Source of the DNA: Eledone cirrhosa
Lineage: Eukaryota
DNA: 64,000 bases
Assembly (NCBI GenBank): GCA_964016885.1
Contig: OZ024741.1
Span: forward strand, 236,406,001 to 236,470,000
Reading direction: 5' to 3'
Shown here: one piece after another, positions 54,013 through 64,000 of the stretch
How positions within the stretch are numbered: position 1 is the first letter of the stretch
Layout: each line of letters begins with the position of its first letter
Notes under the pieces: model-generated
What the model was told of the DNA's origin: nothing
Seen by the model: only the letters and a program-made list of their open reading frames with translations
Databases searched by the model: none
Position numbers and translations under genes: made by a program

Positions 54013-54545
54013 TTTTATGTAAGAACATTTGTCAAGTTATGATCTAAACCTTATTAATAATGAGAAAGTTAGTTGTATTACTAAATCCTTCAAATTCTCA
54101 ATTAATTTCAAAGTTATTTGAAAATCAAAGGGAGTGTCTTTCATGAGATATATGATAACAAAAGAGTTGAGCATCCACTAATATTATTTTAATTATTTAT
54201 GTCACTATGGGAGAAAACTCTGCAGTTATTTTGGTCTTATTATAAATTCATCAGCAAAGCATAGACTTTACCATACCTACACTTACAGAAGTAGTGATAG
54301 TAAATGTACAAGAACTTACAGTAGAGAATAAATTACTTGGACAAGCTAGAATTTTTTTTTTATGAGGAGTTGTATATAGTGAATTAGATCAACTTGATTG
54401 ATACTTTATTTTATCAATCCCAGAATGATGAAAAGGAAAGTTGATCTTAGGAGAATTTGAACTTAGAATGTAAAGATATGCAACAAAACATCACAAGGAT
54501 TTTTTAATCTATGTCTCTATTGATTCTGTCAAACCATTACACCCT

Positions 54546-54742
54546 CGGTGGATTGGCAGTATCGGTAGAGGGTCGGACGGCATGCTTTCCAGCAGAGTTA
54601 CGTCCCTTTACGATCTGAGTTCAAATCCCGCCGAGGTTGACTTTGCCTTTTGCCTTTCATCCTTACGGGGTCGATAAAATAAAGTACCAGTAATGCACTG
54701 GGTAATTGCTGGCTTTGTGCCTAAAAGTAGAAACAATTATTA
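54546..54742 (+). mobile_element. tRNA-derived SINE family 1
   Basis: Near-identical to 10218-10405, with a small internal duplication of ttgcctt. Confidence 0.8.
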
Positions 54743-55709
54743 TCATTTAACATTTATTTTACAAACTAGTAAGCTTGGATGGGTTGTTACAAACCAAGTC
54801 AGTACTTAATAGGAGGTACTGACCCCTCATATGTTCTTAAACTCTGCAGAATGCACTGAGTGCATTTTACCATGGCACTAGAACTAGGGAGGTCATTATG
54901 ACTTTTGACACAATTAAAGAGACATTTTGTTTAACAAGCTTTCTACAGTTGGATATCCTTTTCACAGATGACTCTCCTGTTGCATACAAATGAAAAACTT
55001 AGAAAGAGAATAATATTAAACACACACACAAATATTAAACACACACACACACACACACACAAATATAAAACATTTACACACATGCACTGGAATGAACACT
55101 ATCAACCTTAATGCACCAAAGTCATGGTGATTTCCAGAGGTTGGCTGAGGAGATGCAACCGTCCATTTTTCTGTTGTGTTTTCCATTGTCTTTGTCCTGT
55201 GTGTCCCTATTTTGAATTCATATGCAAATGACTTAGCCATGCAGACTTTTTTAAAAACATTCACAATAGAAATCACACTGCCCTATCTGTTTATTATTAT
55301 TCTTTTCAGTTTTTCTATTTTTCTCCTTTCTATATTTTGGTCTCCTTTGGCTAAGCCCTCATGCATCACTCTCTCTCTCTCTCTTTGTCAGTTGATTCAC
55401 TTGGGATATTTTTTCATCTTTATTTGTGTAATTTGCAGACAGGCACAACTTGTCCTGTCTCTGTCTCTCTCTGTTATATCCTAATGTGCCCTGGAATGAT
55501 GGGTATCAATCTTAATGCACCAAAACCATAATGATTTCCAGAGGTTGAATGAGGAGATGGGACTGTCCAATTTTCCATTCTTATTTTTTTCCATTGTCTT
55601 TGTCCTGTGTGGTCCCTATTTTGAATACATATATATACATACATACAAACTTGTTAACAAAATAGCTATTCTTATACTTATGCTTGTATGCATATATATA
55701 TATATATAT

Positions 55710-55915
55710 AACAAAGGAATTGTGGTAAGGAACCAGATGGACCATAACGCACCAGAGTACTCAATACTTAGAGGAGTAAAGTGGGAAATAGGAAAAAAGT
55801 ATGACCCTGACGGCAGAGCTCAAGCTGTTTCGACGGCTATTTCTGGACTATTTCTGTCCAGAAATAGCCGTCGAAACGGCTTGAGCTCTGCCGTCGGGGT
55901 CATACTTTTTCCTAT
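55710..55915. mobile_element. Short (TA)n-flanked element ending in a fold-back palindrome with hammerhead-like 3' half
   Basis: Arms 55788-55848/55856-55915, 7-nt loop. GAAACGGC-ttgagctct-GCCGTC at 55873-55895. Second copy at 9381-9545. Confidence 0.8.
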
Positions 55916-56519
55916 ATATATATAATTGGAAATCAGTAAAATCGAATCTCTGGCGGTTTGCAAGTAAATTCGGCCTACTTATATGAAGTGATGAGTTAGC
56001 AAAGCACTCGATAAGATAGGTCTCAGAGTTATAACATACATTTAAATAGCTTGACAAATCGAACATTGTGGTAGGCTAAACTAACACACAATACATACCA
56101 AAGTAACGAAAAAAAACTAACCAGGTTGAGAAAAATGTGTGTGTGTGTGAGAGACTGAAAGTAAACCCAAATACTATACTCTGTCAGTGCTTATTGTAAC
56201 AGGAAATCTTGCTATTACTAATCTGGTGAACAAGAAAGCTAAATAGTGGCCTGTGGTTATGTGTAGTAGGTGTGTAGAGCAGAAAACCAATCTGTGCTGC
56301 CAAAATACAAACCAACAGATCAGAACAGTATTTGGTCCATGGTACTCTTGGATAAAGAGCAATGAGACAAGGACAAGGAGTTTATGGTTAGTGTATCTTA
56401 TATAAAAACAACAGTAATTTCAAAGACTTCTAGCATGTTATAGTTAGCTCTGACAGAACAAGTAAGCATTCATTTAAGAGTGTAATAAACTAGGGATGTA
56501 TATATCAATATATATATAA

Positions 56520-56554
<35 letters not shown>

Positions 56555-57599
56555 CATACAAATGATTTAACTGCATATCACAATAGGCAAATTTTTTTCC
56601 TCTCTAGCCTTGTGTTTACTATTAACTTGTGAGTCAAATTTAGCAGACAGACTATGTGTGGAAGCCCATTGTGTCTATGTGTGTGTATATATTTACGTCT
56701 ATGTTTGTGTATTTATGTTTATACCAGTTTAAATATCATTATTGTCTTTTATGTTGTGTCCCATTATGTCCTGCTACGTAGAAGTTCAGCAAAGAGAAAT
56801 TGATAAAATAAGTAACAGACTGAAAAAAGTACTTGAGTCAATATGATTCACATAGAAGTCCACAGACCTTTGAATGGAGTACCCCAGTGTGGCCACAATC
56901 CAATGACTGAAACCAGTAAAAGACTAACACAATCTGAACATATGCATTAACAGAGAAACACATACATTCATACTTGAAGACACACACACATCCACAGAGA
57001 CACATATTCACACACAGTCACACAGAGACACATACATTTACACAGACATACATTCACACAGACACACACGTTCACACAAAGACACACATTAACATAGACA
57101 TACACATTCACACAGAAGTACACAGACAATGTGTGTAATAGAATATTACAACACGAAGCTAAACACATGACTGTAAGGAATTCCGAGGGTCTAATTATGT
57201 TAATGAAACTCATTACGCTTGAGTGAATGGAATGCACTGCTTCTTGCACCATAGCGACGCACAGGCAGACTTCTACATCTGTTTTGTTTATTGATCTCTG
57301 TTAATCTAGAGAGAGAGAGCTTATTTCTACAGGGCATAACTTGGAAATGTGTGTGTGTGTGTGTGTATATGTACATATATATAAGCATAAATACACACAC
57401 ACACACACATATATACACACAGAGGCACACATGTACATATCATTATCATTACCATTGTTTTTACTTATGCATGGGTTGGAAAGGGTGTTTTGAGGCAATA
57501 GTTTTTACAGCCAAATGTCCCTCTTGATGGTAACCCTTTTAGTCAAATCTGAAGACATGTGCATATATGTACACACACACACATATATATATATATGTG

Positions 57600-57972
57600 A
57601 CTTCTGGACCGTGACTTCTGGCGTCACGCAGTAATACAGGGTACCCGACCTCCCATGGGTACATGCTGAAGCATATAAACAATATCCCCCCCCCCCCCAC
57701 CGCAAGGTGGTCGTGGAGGTGCCACGGCAAAAAAGCACCCAGCCCACACTGTAAAGTGGACGTGTAGGCGCCACGAAAAAGCACCCAGCACTCACTGTAA
57801 ATGAGGTTGGTGTTAGGAAGGGCATCCAGCTGTAGAAATCAAGCCAGATCAGTTCCTGTATGAGCAAGGCATGGTCAGCCGACCAGACACTGCCCACAAC
57901 AGGACAACCCGTCTAACCCATGCTAGCGTGGAAGAACGGACGTAAAACGGTGATGATGATGATGATGATGAT
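57600..57972 (+). mobile_element. RTE 3' end plus SINE-like module, (GAT)n tail
   Basis: Colinear with 52795-53168. Confidence 0.8.
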
Positions 57973-58189
57973 GTGTTGATTTAACACTTCACTGGTCGCA
58001 AGTGTTTTTTAAGCTTCATATCATGTCTCCCTATTTTGTCTGATGAGAACGCAAATATCATCCCATGATGATATTTGTTTTTGAAATGCGCATAATAAAA
58101 TACATGGAACTCTTTTAACCATCTTTTGATATATATATATATATATATATATACATACATATATATATATATACATATATACACATATA

Positions 58190-58797
58190 TCATCATCATC
58201 ATTTTACGTCCGCTTTTCCCTGCCTGTAAGGGTGGGACGGGTCTTATTCAGCACAGCATCTCTCCACTCGTCACGGTCTCACTACCATGCAGCATCGCGC
58301 TCCTCACACAGGCATCATACAACTGGCCTTTCGTACGCAGAGAGAAACCCTTCTTCGTCAACAGAGGAAGCAGCTCCCTAAACTTCTTCCAACCCATCCT
58401 TATTCTAGATACTATGGCCTCGGAACACCCTCCTCCCATGCTAATCTGATCTCCTAGGTACCGGAAGCTATCCACCACTTCTATAGCGCCCTCCTGCATC
58501 TGAAAAAATGTGTCTATCAGTGCGACTTCTACTGTCTAATTTCCCTGTACATCTACTGCATACATATTTCTCCCTACCTGTTAGTTTGCCTGCTATCCCG
58601 CTACATCTCTTGTGTACCCAGGATCTGCATTGCGGGCATTTTATAGAATTTATGCCAGTTCCTTTTCTGCATATCGAACATGGCCATTTCCCTGATGGAA
58701 TCAGGGTTTTGTCCTCTTTTCTACTCATCAACACTTTTGTCTTAGCTAGGTTCACTCTCAGTCCTCTTGTTTCCAACTGCTGTTTCCATAGTCAGAA
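58190..58797 (-). mobile_element. 5'-truncated RTE LINE fragment with intact Cys/His cluster
   Basis: GLRVNLAKTKVL..GKWPCSICRKGTGINSIKCPQCRSWVHKRCSG..YVCSRC, VDSFRYLGD, MLHGSET, then the (GAT)n tail. Same subfamily as the 27-30 kb copy. Confidence 0.92.
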
Positions 58798-59539
58798 TTT
58801 ATATATATATATATATATATATGTACATCAAGAAGGACATATATATGTATATATAGATTATTATAGATGGATTTATAGACTGTCCTTATATTGGTTTCTA
58901 TAGTCACAATGTTTCAGCCAGTGAACCCTCTGAATTTTTTTTAGCTGCCTATCATATTTGACAATGTTCTTGGAATTTCAAACTGAATCCCTTATTCAAA
59001 CCACCAAGGTAGATTGTTCTTATACCAATGTCTTGTCTATGCTTGGGATATCCTCATATTTGTTAATTATTTGCTGGTTTATACTAGATTATATATAGAT
59101 ACACTAAGCCAAATGATTTTGCAGAGTTGTTAGAGCATTGGATGTTTGTTCCAGGTCTCTGCATTTTGAGTTCAAATCCCACTGAGTTCTACTTTTCCTT
59201 TCATCCATTCAGCTTCAATAAAGAAAAAGTACCAATACAGTACTGATGCAGCTCTTTCTTTTCCTAGCTGTCACATGTTCTGCTGGATCAAAGGAGGGAA
59301 ATATGAGAGGGTGTCTATGTCTGCTCTCTATTGCATGGGTACCTAAAACTCTTATCAATGCTACCATGTCATACTCGAATTGTGAGTGATGGCTGTAGTA
59401 ATATACATACACTAATCCAGGGATTGAACTTGTGCCCAGCAGCTAAATGAACATACCACATCACCTAAGATTATAAGTAGAACCTATATTTATATTTTAC
59501 AAACACCTATAACTAAATACCTATTTCCCTCCCCATAGT

Positions 59540-59780
59540 TGAGAAGGTGGAATAGCTGATGCAGTGAATGTTACTGGCTGTTCTCCATGGCAATGTTTTT
59601 GCCATCTTATCTGCAGGGCACAGCTGAGATTTAGCGCCTAAGCTGTAGTGTAAACTTTGCTCCCCCATTCTCCCTTATCCTTTCTTTTCCTTATTTAATT
59701 TTCTCTTTTCTTGTTTATTATGGCAAATATTTATGTAAATAAAACTTATTCATTTTCGTTGCAAAAAAAAAAAAAAAAAA
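59540..59780 (+). mobile_element. Polyadenylated retroposed 3' end (possibly L1/Tx1-like)
   Basis: AATAAA at 59738-59743 followed by A18 at 59763-59780. No target-site duplication seen and the 5' limit is uncertain. Confidence 0.45.
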
Positions 59781-59989
59781 TCAGCCACTTACATGCTAAT
59801 TTCATATGCTGGCTATTTTGTGATCGAACAACTTGAGCTCACATTGTCAAAACTGTCGTAGTTCTAATTAATTATTTTTTCTGAAAAAAAAGTGCACTCG
59901 CCTTTTATAATAAGACATATTATGATTCAACAAATTATGCTTTTGTGAAAAGAGAAATCCATCACCATTGTTAGATCCCCATTTGCAAA

Positions 59990-60420
59990 AGTTGGTGGAA
60001 GAGCTAGAGAAGAAATTCCAGGTTTGGAAACAAAAATTAGAATAAAAAGGGCTTAAAGTAAACTTGGGAAAACTAAAGTTTTAATAACTAGGAAATAAGA
60101 CAGCACCTGATCATTTAAGGAAAGTGGCATTGATTGATATGTAGGAAAGGAGTAGGTAGAAACTCTATAAGATGTACACAATGTAAATCTTGGGTACACA
60201 AGAGGTGTAGTGAAATAGCAGGTAGACTAACAGAAAAAGTTGACTTTGTAGGAAGCAGATATACAAGGATAGCTGGTAGAAAAAACATCATTGAAATAAA
60301 CTTTTTCTAATACCAGGGAGGGTCCATAAAAGTAGTTGAGAGTGTCTGTTACCAAAGTGTCCTAATTAGCAGTGCAGAAGGTTGCTCTGAAAGTATAGTA
60401 GCTATAATAAGAACAGGAGA
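59990..60420 (+). mobile_element. Highly decayed RTE fragment
   Basis: ELEKKFQVWKQKLE.KGLKVNLGK, CRKGVGRNSIRCTQCKSWVHKRCS. Confidence 0.8.
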
Positions 60421-60609
60421 GATATGGTATTTGATTCCTCATAGGCACTTGTCTCTTTTTCCATCACTATGAGTAATTTATCCAGTTTTCTCAACTATTA
60501 TTATAGTGATTGACTGTTATTAGTTATTCTCTGCATTTGGGATGCTCATATTTTCAAATTTAAATGCCACGAGTATTTTTTCCAGGGCTCTACAAATGGT
60601 TGATCTGAT

Positions 60610-60749
60610 ACGCATGTGGATATGGACGGCACATTACTCGATATGGAAGGCAACTTCTGCTACCTGGGTGACATGATCTGTGCTGGTGGAGGCTGTGAAT
60701 GTGCTGTTGCTTCTTGCTGCATGGGGCAAATTCGGAAAGCTATTGCCCA
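60610..60749 (+). mobile_element. Short RTE fragment
   Basis: DGTLLDMEGNFCYLGDMICAGGGCECAV. Confidence 0.65.
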
Positions 60750-61265
60750 TTCAGGTTTGGGCACAATGCCTCCCAAACAGCTGCCAATATCAACAGAGCA
60801 TGGGGAGAGGGGTCCACAGTATGAAGGTGGTTTCAGAAATTCGGTAGTGGTGATGAGAGCCTTGAAGATGAAGAAGGTAGAGGATGGTCATGCAGTCTTG
60901 ACAATGAACAATTGAAAGTAATAGTTGAACAAAACCCACGTCAAAGTGTCAGAGAAATGTCTCAGGCACTTGGAGTCGGTATTGCAATGGTCTCACGCCA
61001 TCTACAGAAGATTGGTAAGGTGAAAAAGCTCGATAAATGGGTACCGCATGAGCTCAATGAAAATCAAAAAGTTTGGCCTTTTGAAGTGTGCTTGATGCTC
61101 TTTCTGCGAAACACCAATGATCCTTTTCTTGACCGAATAGTCAATAGGCAGAGATGCATAGATGTTCACGGCTCATACTTTGACTAATCAAAACATTTCT
61201 GTTGTTAATTTTTCCAGAATAAAATTGTTTCTGAAATCGGCCATTATTTTCGGAACAACCTAATA
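60750..61265 (+). mobile_element. Mariner transposon relic (internally deleted transposase plus 3' TIR)
   Basis: GHNASQTAANINRAWGEGS, WFQKF.SGDESLEDE, HTH region, KKLDKWVPHEL motif, FLDRIV joined directly to the C-terminal QRCIDVHGSYFD*. TIR ...ggaacaacctaa followed by TA. The DD34D catalytic core is deleted. Confidence 0.9.
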
Positions 61266-61639
61266 TCTATCCTTTTAGATGGTAAGGTGTAATTAAGGGG
61301 GAGGTTTGACTGCTTTTCCTATTATGATCATCTTTGGTATTTTAGTGCCTGTTATCATGGCAATAGTAAAGAGACAGTGTGTGACTTGTGATAGAGTTAA
61401 AATAGAAATTAATATTACACATCTCACCACAACTAGAACCATCAACTTCCTTACTTGTATCACACAACAATCACTACAACTATTAACAACAATACTGCCA
61501 CCACCACCACCACTATCACCAAATCCACGATCACTGCTTAATTTGATGAGGTGGTGGTGGGTTTTAATTTGGGTGGTAGAATATTGGCAATGTCAAAAAC
61601 GTGACAACATTCCTAGTGCTGGTGATAAAATGCACTTAC

Positions 61640-62340
61640 CTTGTTTCTTTCCAGTCATTGCAGATCCTCTGCATTCAGTGTCCAAATCTCACTTCTCAGC
61701 AGTATTGTAATTTGAACACAGGCTTCATACAATCTACCTTTCACTCTGAGTGAAACCTTCCTCTTGGTCTTACCTGGCTACTGTACATTTTGAATACCCA
61801 TTTCTGCTACTAATTTTGTTACCCAAGTAGCAAAAACTGCTGACTGTTTCTAGGGAGTGATCTAAGCTTTTAAAGCCCAAATCATGTGCATTCTTGCAGC
61901 CTACAGCTCTGGTGAATCTGCCTTTTTTAAAGTCACCTTTCTTCAATGGCCTGCCAGAGAGCCCACTACATCTCTTGTTTATATTTAGTATACAGTATGA
62001 AATTCCTGCCAATTCCTTTTCTGTATACAGATCATGGCCATTTTCCTGGTGGGATTAGTCTGCTAAGGATTCAGTTATAAGAACTAGTTCAACTGCATAT
62101 AGGAGTTCTCACGAACAGCCAATCTTAAGCTCTTCTGTTATGGCCTGGAAGATATAATAAACAAGAGGTGGAGGGACTGAGGACCGAGCCTTGGTAGGCT
62201 TCCACTTGCATGCTAAATTCATAGCTGTACTCATTGTTAAATCTAACTTTGCTGACTCCATCTTTGTACATGGCTTATACAGCCTTCACACACCATTATT
62301 CTATCCTAGTTTTGGAAAACCTACCAGATTACTGAGCAGG
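61640..62340 (-). mobile_element. Decayed RTE fragment
   Basis: Minus strand: LETVSSFCYLG, YEACVQITILLRSEIWTLNAEDLQ*LERN, and a QGSVLSP-like segment. Confidence 0.8.
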
Positions 62341-62810
62341 GTCGAATATATATAAATAGAGAATATCATATATAGACAGACCCTATCAATAAATGGGAAA
62401 AATCATACATACATAGACAATAATACAATATCACACATAAACAGTAAATATATGAATTTAAAAAAATCATATATTGTCTTATATAAACAAACATTATCAT
62501 ATATAAATAGACAATATTGCACATAGACAACTTCATATGTAAGTAGATGCTATTATATAAACAATTATATATAAACAGACATTATTATAAATAAATAGGC
62601 AATATAATTTATAAACAGACACTATTATATATATATAGACAATTATTTTTGAATAAACACTATCATATATGAATAGACACTATCATTTATAAACATACAC
62701 TATTATATTTAAATAGACACTATTCTATATAAATAAACACTAACATATATAAACAGACAATATCATATTTAAATAGATAATATCATTCATAAACAGACAC
62801 TATCATATAT
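62340..62810. repeat. Degenerate approximately 20-bp AT-rich minisatellite
   Basis: Repeats of atatataaatagacactatc. Confidence 0.75.
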
Positions 62811-63221
62811 ACATTTTTAAAAAACCATCAATGAATAGACAAGCAGAAAATATCAAGATGAAAATAGCCATTATCATAAAATCACTGACAGACATAAAGA
62901 TGAAGAAATGGATACAATATGTTGCATTTAATATAACCCACGACGATAAAAATAATATCAGTAATAAAAAAATACTATAAAATAAACATTACCAATAATA
63001 AATAAATAATAAAAATAAACACTGGGATGAAGAAAAATAAGCATTATCATAAAGTAAACATTATCTATCATAAAATCACATGTAATATTGATAGGAAAAA
63101 ATGAACAAATAAATAACACTTGAAAGGGAAATAAAAATCATTTCGTTTTATTTTTAGAATTTTTATATATATATATTTTTTTAATCCTCCCCGCCTCCCT
63201 TTCTCAATACATACACACATA

Positions 63222-63255
<34 letters not shown>

Positions 63256-63369
63256 AATACACATGTACCAATTAACTGGATAACCACGTGTGTGTGTGTG
63301 TATATATATATATAAATACACATGTACCAATTAACTGGAGAAACGCGCGCGTGTGTGTGTATATATATA

Positions 63370-63461
<92 letters not shown>

Positions 63462-63910
63462 AAAAAATCCTCATGGATTGGTTTATTATTGAACTATATA
63501 AACAGTGAGAAGAGTTCATATGTAGGGTTGAGGTGAAATTGCAGTAGGACTCAGCAGTATTCCAGGCATGGATCATTCATTGAAGACCCGCCTTTCTTGG
63601 CAAGTTAACTGAGCAACATTCCTCACCTGACCCCTCCAGCAATTTTCTTTACAAAATGACAAAATGGTGTCGGCTGGATGGTCGTTTGGTCTCTGATAGA
63701 GAGAAACCTAGTGGCAGCTACACAATAAAAGAAATTAGTTATTATATATGCATATATATATATTTGATAAAGTTTTAATATATATGTGTGTGTACATATA
63801 TATATATATATAATTCCAGGTTTCTGTCACTAACCTGCGTCCATGCTGGGGCAGCACCTTATATATATATGATATATATATATATGTGATATATATATAT
63901 ATATATATAT

Positions 63911-63979
<69 letters not shown>

Positions 63980-64000
63980 ATATATATATATATATATATA

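Noticed and set aside
58468-58776. Host PHD-finger gene
   Set aside because: The Cys/His cluster is an internal part of the RTE ORF, also seen at about 29.7 kb and 60.1 kb.

Overview
Eukaryotic, repeat-saturated animal DNA, most likely an octopus/cephalopod genome (inference from dense (TA)n/(CA)n microsatellites, RTE LINEs with (GAT)n tails, tRNA-derived SINEs and a long single-exon C2H2 zinc-finger CDS). One clear host gene: a six-finger C2H2 protein (13840-16170, +) with a metallothionein-like Cys-rich/His-rich C-terminal half. The rest is mobile-element debris: a near full-length decayed RTE LINE and several fragments, a mariner relic, a pogo-like MITE and many SINEs. Two things stand out. 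(1) A 15.3-kb array of 224 x 69-bp units (34949-50296) with ABAAB higher-order structure sits inside a Penelope-like retroelement relic, and its monomer is the GIY-YIG endonuclease motif. (2) Scattered short inserts in (TA)n tracts carry degenerate type-I hammerhead-ribozyme-like cores, and several form fold-back palindromes centred on the putative ribozyme stem II. All alignments and folds were done by eye, with no database searches.
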